IMG/VR virus record: IMGVR_UViG_3300045988_050695
Coordinates: 1 to 33,253 of that record
DNA: 33,253 bases
Direction: 5' to 3' (one strand)
DNA from: a virus
Below the pieces are notes generated by a model. The model did no database searches, was not told where the DNA came from, and worked only from the letters and a program-made list of their open reading frames with translations. This document shows, piece by piece, positions 14,498 to 24,119 of this stretch. How positions within the stretch are numbered: position 1 is the first letter of the stretch; each line of letters opens with the position of its first letter. The translations under genes and the position numbers were made by a program.

Positions 14498-16179
14498 TGG
14501 CACTTAGAGCGGTTTTACTTAGAAAGAAAATCGAAGCGAACAAAACTGCCCTCGAAGAGCTGAGGGCGAAGACAGAAGAGTTTGAACAGCGCGAAGCCGA
14601 GCTGACCGAAGCAATCGACGAAGCCGAAAGCGAAGAAGACAAGAGCGCTGTCGAAGAAGAAGTCGACAAGTTTGACGCTGAAAAAACAGCGCACGAGGAA
14701 CAGGTAAACGAGTTAGAGCGCACCATAAGCGAACAGGAAGCAGAGCTTGCAGAAATCGAGCGTTCTGTTCCTCAGATCAAAAAAAGAACAAAAGAAATTG
14801 AAAGGAGAACTACAGAGATGGAGAAAACCATCAACATCAGAAGCCTGCCGATGAACGTAAGAGCGTTTGACGCGCTGCCGATGGAGCAGAAAAGACAGAT
14901 CGTAGAAAAAGACGAGGTAAAGGCGTTTCTGAGAGAAATAAGGACGGCAGGAAAAGAAAAAAGAGATCTTCAGGGCGGAAGCCTTACAATCCCGATTGAG
15001 TTCCTCGACCTTATAAGCGAAAACATGTACAGATATTCCAAGCTTCTTAACAGGGTAAGGGTTAGAAACGTTGGCGGCGAGGCTCGCCAGACGATTGCAG
15101 GAACTGTTCCTGAAGCAATCTGGACGGAGATGTGCGGAGCAATCAACGAGCTGACCTTCGTGTTTAACCAGATCACCGTTGACGGTTATAAGGTGGCCGG
15201 ATACATCCCGGTGTGCAACTCACTGCTTGAAGATTCGGACATCAACCTTGCCAGCGCCATTGTTGAAATGCTCTCCGAATCTATCGGTCTGGCTGAGGAC
15301 AAGGCCATTCTCTACGGTAAAGGTTCCGCCGCCCATATGCCGATGGGCATTGTAACAAGACTGGCGCAGACAGCGCAGCCTGAAAATCATCCGGTCGATG
15401 CTCCAGCATGGATAGATCTTCATACCTCTAACATCATCGAAATTGACGATGAACTGACCGGCGCGGCGTTCTGGGCTGCCCTTATGCAGGCCACCGGAAA
15501 CACCTTTACTACATATTCACGCGGCAGACAGTTCTGGGCGATGAACTCCAAAACCTATGCGCTGCTGAAATCCAAAGTAATAACCTTTACCGCTACCGGT
15601 GACATTGTCGCCAACATCTTCGGCACTCTGCCGATTGTAAACGGTGATATAGACATCCTCGAATTTATCCCGGACGGCGACATCATCGGCGGATACGGTG
15701 ATCTTTATCTGTGGGCAAGAAGAGGCGTAATGGAGATTACTTCTTCTGAACACGTTCAGTTCATCCAGGACAACACCGTGTTCAAAGGAAAGGAAAGAGC
15801 AGACGGTCAGCCAGTAATCCCTGGCGCGTTCGTAGCTATCAATATCATGGGAACGGCCGTTACTACTGCAATGACCTTTGCCGCTGACACCGCGAACGAC
15901 GCAAAACTCCAGAGTCTGACAGTTGAAGGACTGACCCTCGCGCCGACATTCGACGAGGATGTCCTTTCTTACACAACCACTGCAACCGGAACAGACGGCG
16001 CAGTCGTTGCTACTCCGGTTCAGGCCAATGCACAGGTCGCCATAAGTTACAACGGTGAGAATGTAGTAAACGGCCAGCCTATTACCTTCGCAGAAGGAAC
16101 CTTCCCGCTTACCGTAACTGTTAAGAAAGGCAATGCAGTAAGGGTCTACACGGTAAACATCACAAAGGCGGGAGCATAA
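14497..16179 (+). CDS. Major capsid protein, HK97 fold, with N-terminal coiled-coil delta domain and C-terminal beta-sandwich (cadherin-like/Ig-like) extension
   Basis: The coiled coil ALRAVLLRKKIEANKTALEELRAKTEEFEQREAEL is followed by a capsid core. The last ~90 aa, LQSLTVEGLTLAPTFDEDVLSYTTT...VRVYTVNITKA, look like a cadherin-like beta-sandwich repeat. Confidence 0.85.
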   Translation: MALRAVLLRKKIEANKTALEELRAKTEEFEQREAELTEAIDEAESEEDKSAVEEEVDKFDAEKTAHEEQVNELERTISEQEAELAEIERSVPQIKKRTKEIERRTTEMEKTINIRSLPMNVRAFDALPMEQKRQIVEKDEVKAFLREIRTAGKEKRDLQGGSLTIPIEFLDLISENMYRYSKLLNRVRVRNVGGEARQTIAGTVPEAIWTEMCGAINELTFVFNQITVDGYKVAGYIPVCNSLLEDSDINLASAIVEMLSESIGLAEDKAILYGKGSAAHMPMGIVTRLAQTAQPENHPVDAPAWIDLHTSNIIEIDDELTGAAFWAALMQATGNTFTTYSRGRQFWAMNSKTYALLKSKVITFTATGDIVANIFGTLPIVNGDIDILEFIPDGDIIGGYGDLYLWARRGVMEITSSEHVQFIQDNTVFKGKERADGQPVIPGAFVAINIMGTAVTTAMTFAADTANDAKLQSLTVEGLTLAPTFDEDVLSYTTTATGTDGAVVATPVQANAQVAISYNGENVVNGQPITFAEGTFPLTVTVKKGNAVRVYTVNITKAGA

Positions 16180-16193
16180 AGAGGTGATCCTCA

Positions 16194-16466
16194 ATGAATC
16201 AGGATGAGCTTCTTACAGTTCTAAAAAAGGACCTGCAAATCACCACAACTGCTAACGACGAGTATTTGACAAAATTACTCTCCTTTTCTAAAGACCTGAT
16301 GACAAGAGAGGGAATCATCTTAGATGATTCCCTCGAATGTCAAATGATCCAAGTACACTATGCGGCTTATCTGTTTAGACGAAGAGGCGGAAGCGAGACT
16401 TCCATGCCTCGATTTTTGCGTTATGAACTTAACAATTTATTGTTGAGCCAGAAAGGAAAAACATGA
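16194..16466 (+). CDS. Head-tail connector (gp6-like)
   Basis: LKKDLQITTTANDEYLTKLLSFSKDLMTREGI is the typical Phage_connect_1 N-terminus. It lies after the capsid gene. Confidence 0.65.
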   Translation: MNQDELLTVLKKDLQITTTANDEYLTKLLSFSKDLMTREGIILDDSLECQMIQVHYAAYLFRRRGGSETSMPRFLRYELNNLLLSQKGKT

Positions 16467-16798
16467 CTTTTGACGATGGAATCGTAAAAATCTATGACGT
16501 TGTTAACGCCGCAGCTCCGGGCGATCTTCCGGTAAATAAGCTCCAAAACCCAACGGAGTTTTTTTTCAGCGAAGGAGCACTCGGCGTAACCCGGTACTAT
16601 GAGGCCATAAAAGCCAATCAGCTAATTGAAAGAGTAATATCCATCTACCGGTATCCGGTTAACATCAACCAAGTGGCCGTGTTTGAAGACGGCAGCCAGT
16701 ACACAATCCAGATGGTACAACACGAACTTGATAATAACGGGATTAAGATAACGAGACTTTCGCTTGAAAGAAACGGGGAAAATTATGAAATCGCTTGA
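16463..16798 (+). CDS. Head closure / head-tail adaptor (putative)
   Basis: The call rests on size, ATGA overlap and position in the HK97/SPP1-like connector module. Confidence 0.45.
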   Translation: MTFDDGIVKIYDVVNAAAPGDLPVNKLQNPTEFFFSEGALGVTRYYEAIKANQLIERVISIYRYPVNINQVAVFEDGSQYTIQMVQHELDNNGIKITRLSLERNGENYEIA

Positions 16799-17117
16799 AA
16801 AAATATTAAGTAGAATAAAGACCGCCATGTTAACCGTTACGGATAACGTAGGGCACTTAAAGCCTATCGACGGAACAAAAAGCCATATTGTATATAGTGA
16901 AGATTCCTCGAACAATCTCGGAGCGGATAACCGCATAGGCTGTCAGGCGATAAGGGGAACAATCGATCTTTATTCCCTTGGAGAGTTCGCGCTTTTTGAC
17001 AAGGTACAGGAAGCCCTTGAAGAGGCGGGGATAGCTTTTTACCTTAACGCCGTACAGTATGATGACGGCGAACTGAAAGGATTTACCCACTATGAATGGA
17101 TTTTCGAGGTGACGTAA
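16785..17117 (+). CDS. Neck / tail-completion protein (putative)
   Basis: ATG 16785 follows GGGGAA. The call is by position only. Confidence 0.4.
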   Translation: MKSLEKILSRIKTAMLTVTDNVGHLKPIDGTKSHIVYSEDSSNNLGADNRIGCQAIRGTIDLYSLGEFALFDKVQEALEEAGIAFYLNAVQYDDGELKGFTHYEWIFEVT

Positions 17118-17614
17118 TGGCCTACATAACCTTTAAAAACATGGACAAGTACGAGGCAAAGATCGAAAAACTGGCCAAGCGATCGCACGGCCTGTGTAAG
17201 CAGGTAGTTTACAGCGGTGCCGGAGTAATGGCGGACGCGCTAAAAGAAGCGCTGAAAAGTTTGCCGATTGAAGAAGGAAAAAACGGTCTTCCTCCGTTTG
17301 CTCCTCCGGGAGAAAAAATAAACGGAGTATCTAAAAGGCAAAGACAAGATCTGATAAATTCTTTCGGCATTGCTAAGATGAGAGAAAAAAACGGATATAT
17401 TTATGCAAAGCTCGGAGTTGATGGCTATGGCAGCGTTAAAACAAAACAGTGGCCGAAAGGGATTCCGAACATAGTGCTTTTGAGGTCAATCGAAAGCGGG
17501 ACGAGTTTTCGGGTTAAAAACCCGATAATAAGGCAGACAGTTAGCAGATACAAAGAAAAAACCAAACACAGAATGGCTCAAAAAACTGATGAGCTTATAA
17601 AAAAGGAGTTTTAA
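17117..17614 (+). CDS. HK97 gp10-family tail component (putative)
   Basis: ATG 17117 overlaps the upstream TAA. The N-terminal KIEKLAKRS...AGVMADALKEALKSLP and the SIESGTSF block resemble the gp10 family. Confidence 0.5.
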   Translation: MAYITFKNMDKYEAKIEKLAKRSHGLCKQVVYSGAGVMADALKEALKSLPIEEGKNGLPPFAPPGEKINGVSKRQRQDLINSFGIAKMREKNGYIYAKLGVDGYGSVKTKQWPKGIPNIVLLRSIESGTSFRVKNPIIRQTVSRYKEKTKHRMAQKTDELIKKEF

Positions 17615-17615
17615 A

Positions 17616-18218
17616 ATGGCAATTAAGGGATTATCAAGACCTGTTGTGGGCAAGTATGCCAATTCAGCCGGAACTGTTACATATTCTGACGCCACTATAG
17701 CAAGTAAGGCCGTAGAGTACAGCATAGCATGGACAGTCGGCGACAACAATCCGCTATATGCGGATAATAACATAGCCGAAAACGACAAAGGGACATTCCA
17801 GAGCGGCGAGCTGACGTTATCAACCGCCGACATAGATCAGGCTCTTTCCATGCTGCTTCTCGGCACAAAAACAGTAACGGACAGCGTAGGCGACGAAAGC
17901 GTAACTGTTCAGGTATGGGATGATGGCCAGTCCGCCCCTTACATGGGATTCGGTATAATCGAACTACATCAGGAAGACGATGTTGACGAATATCGCGCAG
18001 TCTTTTTGAACAAAGTGTTCTTTAACATACCAGAAAACGCCGCCACAACAAGAGGAGAGACAATAGAATGGCAGACCCCGACCATAACGGCAACAATCCA
18101 GAGATCGGATCAGGTAGATTCTAACAGAAAACACCCTTGGATGGAGGACGCGTGGTTCGAGACTGAAAGCGCCGCCCTTCAGTGGCTGGAGTTTAAGTGC
18201 GGAGGTGCAAGCGAATGA
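17616..18218 (+). CDS. Major tail protein
   Basis: 200 aa, immediately upstream of the G/T chaperone pair and tape measure. MAIKGLSRPVVGKYA... is typical of the phi13/TP901-like major tail N-terminus. Confidence 0.7.
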   Translation: MAIKGLSRPVVGKYANSAGTVTYSDATIASKAVEYSIAWTVGDNNPLYADNNIAENDKGTFQSGELTLSTADIDQALSMLLLGTKTVTDSVGDESVTVQVWDDGQSAPYMGFGIIELHQEDDVDEYRAVFLNKVFFNIPENAATTRGETIEWQTPTITATIQRSDQVDSNRKHPWMEDAWFETESAALQWLEFKCGGASE

Positions 18219-18616
18219 ACAGAATAATCACGGCAGACATAGCGGGGAAAACGTACCCGCTATGTTTTTCTTTAGGAGCAGCCAAAAAGATCGCCGATAA
18301 ATTCGGCAGTTTAGAAACGATGTTCGATCTCTTGACAGAGTCAAAAGACACAACAGCCGGAACAATAGAAGCAGTCACTTACACGTTGGCTGTCTTCGCC
18401 GAACAAGGCTGTGAATATTTAAAAATGAGCGGAGAAGAAATAGAAGGAGTAGAAACAACGCCGATAACTCAGGAGGAAATAGAAACCCTGATAGACTTCT
18501 CCGGCACAGCTGAACTTGCTGAATCGATCTTGAAAGCAATAAAGAAATCCCAGGAAAAAGAGATTGAAACAAAAAGCCAGGCGGGAAAAAACGCAAAAGC
18601 CCCAGAGGCCATCTAA
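18215..18616 (+). CDS. Tail assembly chaperone (G-type product)
   Basis: It lies between the major tail and tape measure genes and has an acidic C-terminus. A slippery heptamer lies near its 3' end. Confidence 0.75.
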   Translation: MNRIITADIAGKTYPLCFSLGAAKKIADKFGSLETMFDLLTESKDTTAGTIEAVTYTLAVFAEQGCEYLKMSGEEIEGVETTPITQEEIETLIDFSGTAELAESILKAIKKSQEKEIETKSQAGKNAKAPEAI

Positions 18617-18777
18617 TCTTCTGGGACGTCTGGGGCAGAAAGCTTAACATTCCCCCAAAAGAATACACAGCCATGCCGCTTGGAGAACTGAGCGACATGG
18701 TCGACGCTTTTTTGATCTTATCCGGAGCCGCCGATGAAGCAGCCCCGGAAGATAACTACATACCGAATCTGAGGTGA
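18215..18777 (+). CDS. Tail assembly chaperone, -1 frameshift extension product (G-T type)
   Basis: After G_GGA_AAA (18583-18589) the -1 frame is open to TGA 18775-18777. It reads KRKSPRGHLIFWDVWGRKLNIPPKEYTAMPLGELSDMVDAFLILSGAADEAAPEDNYIPNLR and fills the otherwise noncoding gap before the tape measure gene. Confidence 0.7.
18583..18589 (+). promoter_or_regulatory. -1 programmed ribosomal frameshift slippery heptamer GGGAAAA
   Basis: It has X_XXY_YYZ form in the zero frame of the chaperone ORF (GGA codon starts at 18584). It is the same type as the lambda G/T GGGAAAG site. Confidence 0.7.
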
Positions 18778-18781
18778 TAAC

Positions 18782-21595
18782 ATGGCGATTGACATCGGTC
18801 CGAAAATAGGGATAGATGGGGAAAAAGAGTTTAGAAAAGAACTTAATGAAATAAATACGACCTTGCGAACCCTCGGAACGGAAATGCAAAAAGTAAGTTC
18901 GGAGTTTAAGGAAAACGGGCAAGGTCAGGAAGCTTTAAGGCGCAAAAACGAAGTTTTAAACAAGTCCATAGACGAACAGCGCAAAAAGCTGGAAATGGTT
19001 CAAAAAGCGCTAAAAGAATCCGAGGCAAAGTACGGAGAAACCGCCACAACCACGCAAAAGTGGCAGCAGGTAGTTAACCGAACTGAAACAGCCCTAAACG
19101 ATCTGGAAAGCGAGCTGAAGCAGAACGAAAAGGCACTACAGGAGATGGACGCCGGACTCCGTGATGTAGAAACAGGCCTCGAAAAGGTCGATAAATCGGC
19201 AGATGGAATAAAAGACCTGAAAGCCGATCTTGCAGACGCTGCCGAAAACGGAGCAATGGTATTATCAGGTGCTCTTGTAGGCCTGGCGGGCGCATTAGCA
19301 GGAGCCGCCGAAAGTACGAGAGAATACCGGACAGATCAGACAAAGCTTAAAGTTGCCTTTGAAGATACCGGATATTCAGTAGAGCAGGCAAAAGAAGCCT
19401 ATAGAGAAATCTATGGACTGTTAGCCGAAGATGATACGTCTGTAGAAGCAGCCAATCACCTGGCCGAACTAACGAGGACAGAAGAAGAGCTGGCAACATG
19501 GACGGGCGACATCCTGCCGGGAGTCTTTGCGAAGTTCGGAGATTCCCTGCCTCTTGAAGGTCTTACAGAGGCAGCAAACGAGACAGCGAAAGTGGGAACC
19601 GTAACAGGCTCCCTTGCAGACGCCTTGAACTGGGCGGGGATAAACGAGGATGAGTTTAACGAAAAACTGGCAAAATGTTCAAACGAACAGGAAAGAAGCC
19701 AGCTCATCACGAAGACTCTCGCCGACGTTTATACAGACGCCGGAAGATCTTTTAAAGAGGCTAATAAAGAAGTAATCGAAGCGAACAAAGCTCAGGCAGA
19801 CCTGACAGATTCCATCGCAGACCTTGGAGCCGCCGCCGAGCCGGTTCTTACAAAATTAAAGAAAATTTTAACAGATTTAATAAAGGCTATAACCGACGTA
19901 GTTGAGGAGTTTAACGAACTACCCGAAAGCACACAGGACACTATCCTTGCAATCGGCGGGATCGGGATTGCTACCGGTCCGGCGATAAAAGGAATAAAGG
20001 GAATAACCGGCGGGATATCTACTCTCGGAAAAGGGCTTAAAGCCTTTTTGGGGCCGGCTAAAACAGCAAAGACAGCGGTGGAAACAGCAGGAGCAGCTTC
20101 CACAGCCGCCGCAACGGCTACAGGTAAATTTTCAACTGCATTTTCCGGGCTTTCCGGAGTTTTAGCGGCAAGCCCTATAACCCTTGTAGCTACCGCGTTG
20201 GGAGGGCTTGTTACATACCTGGGATTTGCCGCGGTCGAAGCGGCGAATGCGGACAATGAGTTCGTGAAGTTCAATAAAGAGATACGGCAGTCCCGCGAAG
20301 AAATGAACGAGTATGAGGACACAATGGCGCGTCTTCGCGAAAGCAGAAGCGAAGCCATCCAGTCCACTACAAGTGAATTTCAATATATTGAAAGCCTGAA
20401 AAGTGAACTGTCCGGACTGGTTGACGCCAATGGCAGAGTAACAGAAGGCTACGAGGCAAGAGCCGAGTTTATAACTGGCACATTAAGCGAAGCCCTTGGG
20501 CAGGAGATAACAGTTACCGACGGAGTTATCGACAATTATGAAGCTCTTGCGGGTTCGATTGACGATGTAATAGCGAAGAAAAAAGCCGAAGCATATATTT
20601 CAGCCGGGGATTCGGAATATCAGGAAGCTTTAAAACAGCAACAGGAAGTTACCGAAAGGCTGATTGAGGCGAAAGAAAAACAGGCTAAAGCAGAAGAAGA
20701 TCTTGCTGAAGCAGCCGAGTCCGGCTCTATGAGACAGCAGGAAGCGGCACACAATCTCCTTATGGCTGCAAATAAGAACGCGGAAGAGGCCATGGAAGAT
20801 TATCAAGAAAACAGCGAGATAATCGAGAAGCAAGAAGCCATGATGACCGCGTTTCTTGAAGGCAACTACCAAAAAGTGTCGGAGATCGCGTTTAATACGG
20901 AAAAAAATATAACCGAAATGACCAAAAGCGAGGCTGAAAAAAGGCTCGAAGAAATCCGGCAGAATCGTGCAACTCTGGTTAGTCTGTACGAAGAAACAGG
21001 CGACGAGACTTTAAAGACAATGATCGATTCTCTCGATCAGGAGGAAACCGCCTTGAACAGTCATCTTTCTGGCCTGGCCTCTGACGTAAGAAACAACAAA
21101 TCTATACCGGAATCCATGCGAGACCTTGTCCAGAGAATGAAAACTCCGCTTACCGCTGCGAACTGGAAGAGCCTTGGCGGAAACGTAACTGAAGGAGTAG
21201 CCCAAGGAATCCGGCAGAAAAAAAGCCTCGTAATGAACGCGATGAGCACGATCGCGTCCGCGATTCAAGATACTTTCATCGGGAGACTGATTATAGGCTC
21301 ACCGTCCAAGTGGATGGAAAGAGAGGCCTATTTCGTACCCGAAGGGGCTGCCATTGGAATAAAAAAGGGAATCCCTTTAGTAAAAAAGGCTAATGAAGAG
21401 ATGATAAATGCCATAGGAGGCTTTAACCCCCTTAGCGCCTCAGCGAATCTCACAGCCCCAAGCTTTGAAACATCTCAGACCATAGATTTAACAACATATT
21501 GTTATCTCGATGGCAAGATTGTATCAAAGACAGTGCAAAAGGATATAACAAAACAGCAGTCGGCCAACATCAGGGCGAAAGGAGGGAGCAAATGA
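18782..21595 (+). CDS. Tape measure protein
   Basis: 937 aa, coiled-coil rich, with a central Gly/Ala-rich hydrophobic segment. It lies after the G/T chaperones. Confidence 0.9.
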   Translation: MAIDIGPKIGIDGEKEFRKELNEINTTLRTLGTEMQKVSSEFKENGQGQEALRRKNEVLNKSIDEQRKKLEMVQKALKESEAKYGETATTTQKWQQVVNRTETALNDLESELKQNEKALQEMDAGLRDVETGLEKVDKSADGIKDLKADLADAAENGAMVLSGALVGLAGALAGAAESTREYRTDQTKLKVAFEDTGYSVEQAKEAYREIYGLLAEDDTSVEAANHLAELTRTEEELATWTGDILPGVFAKFGDSLPLEGLTEAANETAKVGTVTGSLADALNWAGINEDEFNEKLAKCSNEQERSQLITKTLADVYTDAGRSFKEANKEVIEANKAQADLTDSIADLGAAAEPVLTKLKKILTDLIKAITDVVEEFNELPESTQDTILAIGGIGIATGPAIKGIKGITGGISTLGKGLKAFLGPAKTAKTAVETAGAASTAAATATGKFSTAFSGLSGVLAASPITLVATALGGLVTYLGFAAVEAANADNEFVKFNKEIRQSREEMNEYEDTMARLRESRSEAIQSTTSEFQYIESLKSELSGLVDANGRVTEGYEARAEFITGTLSEALGQEITVTDGVIDNYEALAGSIDDVIAKKKAEAYISAGDSEYQEALKQQQEVTERLIEAKEKQAKAEEDLAEAAESGSMRQQEAAHNLLMAANKNAEEAMEDYQENSEIIEKQEAMMTAFLEGNYQKVSEIAFNTEKNITEMTKSEAEKRLEEIRQNRATLVSLYEETGDETLKTMIDSLDQEETALNSHLSGLASDVRNNKSIPESMRDLVQRMKTPLTAANWKSLGGNVTEGVAQGIRQKKSLVMNAMSTIASAIQDTFIGRLIIGSPSKWMEREAYFVPEGAAIGIKKGIPLVKKANEEMINAIGGFNPLSASANLTAPSFETSQTIDLTTYCYLDGKIVSKTVQKDITKQQSANIRAKGGSK

Positions 21596-22296
21596 GCTTT
21601 ATAACTCGATATAACGGAAAGAATGACCGGGATATCGGAGTCCTTACGGTTCGCCGGCCAAACATCCCAAGCCCAACGCCTAAAGTAGAGACATACGAGA
21701 TACCCGGACAAGACGGGTCTCTCTTTTCTTTTTTCGGTTTCTACGAAGATATAAATATACCGGTCGAATTAAACTTCATGACGCCGCTTGACGAATGGGG
21801 CGCAAAAGTCCGACAAGTTAAAGAGTGGCTTCTTGATAGGAACGGAGACAGAAGGCTATCCTTTTCAGACGACACGGAGTTTTTCTACGTTGTAAAAAAT
21901 GTGGATGTTGGAGAAATCACAAGAACTTCAAGGCGAATCGGAACACTTACGCCAACTTTTACGTGCGAGCCATACATCTACTTTTCCGCAGGAACAAACA
22001 AGATGACGGCAGAAGAAGCTTCACTCAATCCGTTTATGATCTCTCAGCCGGTCTATTATCTTACCGGAGAAGGAAACACGACCCTGAACGTAAACGGAAA
22101 AGAAGTAACTGCAAATGTTGGCCAGAATTTAACAATTGACACAAAAAGAAAGATATCCTACAGGCAGGACGGATCATTGATGAATACGGCGATTTCAGGA
22201 AACTATGAAGATTTATGGCTTCAACCCGGACAAAACGAGATTACCGTCACCGGAGGGATAGAACTTAAAATCGCCCCATATTGGAGAACATTATGA
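21592..22296 (+). CDS. Distal tail protein (Dit, siphovirus tail family)
   Basis: ATG 21592 (GGAGGGAG upstream) overlaps the tape measure stop. MSFITRYNGKNDRDIGVLTVRRPNIPSPTPKVETYEIPGQDGS is the typical Sipho_tail N-terminus. Confidence 0.7.
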   Translation: MSFITRYNGKNDRDIGVLTVRRPNIPSPTPKVETYEIPGQDGSLFSFFGFYEDINIPVELNFMTPLDEWGAKVRQVKEWLLDRNGDRRLSFSDDTEFFYVVKNVDVGEITRTSRRIGTLTPTFTCEPYIYFSAGTNKMTAEEASLNPFMISQPVYYLTGEGNTTLNVNGKEVTANVGQNLTIDTKRKISYRQDGSLMNTAISGNYEDLWLQPGQNEITVTGGIELKIAPYWRTL

Positions 22297-24110
22297 TTCA
22301 GAGTTATAAACAAAACAACACGAACTACGACAGCAACGGCGACATGCCGCTGACTCCGTCAGATTGCCGGGTAAGCGCCGAATTGAATGGAGCCTGGACA
22401 ATCTCGCTTGCTCATCCAGTCGACGAGGAAGGACGATGGAAGTTCATTACAGAGGGGGCGGTGCTGAAAGTGCCGTCCTTTAACGGAGATCAGCTCTTTC
22501 GCCTAAAAACTGTAACAAAGACTGACACACAGGTAACAGCTACCGGAGAGCCTATCTTTATGGACGCCGCCGGGGATTGTTTTCTTGTCGACGTAAGGCC
22601 GACAAACGATAACGGACAGCAGGCACTTGACATGATGACCGCCCCGAATGACAAGTATTCCGGGCAGTCGAATATCACGAAAGTTTCAACCGCCTACTAT
22701 CAGTTTAAAAACCTTATCGAGGCGATCAACGGGGACGATGAGAACTCTTTTATTTCCCGATGGGGCGGAGAGATCTTTTTTAACAATTTCAAGATCATCG
22801 TTAACGAAAGAATCGGCGAAGATAACGGAGTAGAAGTCCGCTACGGGAAGAACATCCCGAAAGATGGGTTCACCTACGAGGTGGATATGTCTGAGGTTAA
22901 GACCCGAATCTATCCGAAAGCCTACAACGGTTACACTATGACGGATAACGGATATGTAGACAGCGACCTGATAGACAGCTACCCGACGGTTATGGCGGCA
23001 ACAATCACCTTCGATGACGTGAAGATGGCCGAGGACGCTACCGAGACGGACGAAGAAAACGGGGTTATCATTTGCAACAGCCAGGCGGAGCTTGACGCGG
23101 CTTTGACTGAAAAATGCGAAGCGGAATTTGCCGCCGGTCTTGATAAGCCAAAAGTAACCATCACCGTCGACATGATCCAGCTCGCGGACACAGAGCAGTA
23201 CAAGGACGTTGCCGCAATCGAAACGGTAAGCCTCGGAGACACGATCCACTGTTATAACAGTCATCTTGGAATCTCCACCGAAGCGCGAATCGTAGAGATA
23301 GAATGGGATTGCACCCTCAAAAGGGTCGCTTCCGTCGTGATTGGAGAGCCTGCCTACAACTACTTCAACTCCGTTACCTCCTCCGTGAACCGGGTACAAC
23401 AGGCAATCCGGCCGGACGGTACAGTCATAGGCGAACAGGTTGCCGGATTTATAAACGGCGCTATGGCGCAGCTCAGGGCGCAAAAATCCGTTGCGCGAAA
23501 ACAGGACGTGCGGGCGGTCTTCTTTGAGGATACCGACCCGGACAGCCCGACATATGGAGCAATGGCAATCGGCACACAGGGCTTGCAGATTTCAAGGCAG
23601 CGAAACGAAGACGGCACGGACTGGGTCTGGACTACCGCCTTGACCGCCGAGGGACTTCTCGCGAACGTTATCGTTGCCGGAATCATTGCCGACAAGACGG
23701 GCAAGTCATTCTGGAATCTGGATACTGGGCAATTCGTCATGGAAGACGGTACTATAAAAGCCGGAAACATCGAGGGCGGAAACATCTCAGGCACAAACAT
23801 CAGCGGAACTACGATCGAGAACAACGACGGAAACGGTAACAGCGTCACCCTTTCCTTGGGCGATATTGAAGTCATTCAAAATAACGAAAGCGGTGTTTTT
23901 TCAATCAAAATAAGCGGAAATATGTTTAGGATTAAACGCGAAGGGGTTCCCGGCTATAGCGATTGGAATTTCACGATCTGGCCTAACGGCGTAATCAATT
24001 TCACCGAAGGAGAAAAGAGTATAGAAATAAGTCCGGTCGTACCGGGCATTTTCGTCAGCGATGGAGTGCATAAAGCACAACTCGACCCGTCTGGAGTTTC
24101 TACAACTTAG
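22293..24110 (+). CDS. Tail-associated protein (Tal / prophage tail endopeptidase-like)
   Basis: It follows Dit. The N-terminus YDSNGDMPLTP...AELNGAWTISLAHPVDEEGRWKFITEGAVLKVPSFNGDQLFRLK resembles the conserved Tal N-terminal region. Confidence 0.7.
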   Translation: MIQSYKQNNTNYDSNGDMPLTPSDCRVSAELNGAWTISLAHPVDEEGRWKFITEGAVLKVPSFNGDQLFRLKTVTKTDTQVTATGEPIFMDAAGDCFLVDVRPTNDNGQQALDMMTAPNDKYSGQSNITKVSTAYYQFKNLIEAINGDDENSFISRWGGEIFFNNFKIIVNERIGEDNGVEVRYGKNIPKDGFTYEVDMSEVKTRIYPKAYNGYTMTDNGYVDSDLIDSYPTVMAATITFDDVKMAEDATETDEENGVIICNSQAELDAALTEKCEAEFAAGLDKPKVTITVDMIQLADTEQYKDVAAIETVSLGDTIHCYNSHLGISTEARIVEIEWDCTLKRVASVVIGEPAYNYFNSVTSSVNRVQQAIRPDGTVIGEQVAGFINGAMAQLRAQKSVARKQDVRAVFFEDTDPDSPTYGAMAIGTQGLQISRQRNEDGTDWVWTTALTAEGLLANVIVAGIIADKTGKSFWNLDTGQFVMEDGTIKAGNIEGGNISGTNISGTTIENNDGNGNSVTLSLGDIEVIQNNESGVFSIKISGNMFRIKREGVPGYSDWNFTIWPNGVINFTEGEKSIEISPVVPGIFVSDGVHKAQLDPSGVSTT

Positions 24111-24119
24111 GAGGAGCCT

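Noticed and set aside
15517-16194. 225-aa ORF on the minus strand
   Set aside because: It lies entirely antisense to the well-supported major capsid gene, has no RBS and a Cys/Arg/Ser-rich composition typical of shadow frames. The same reasoning applies to 22686..23483 (-), 19792..20367 (-), 23360..23875 (-) and 14048..14503 (-).
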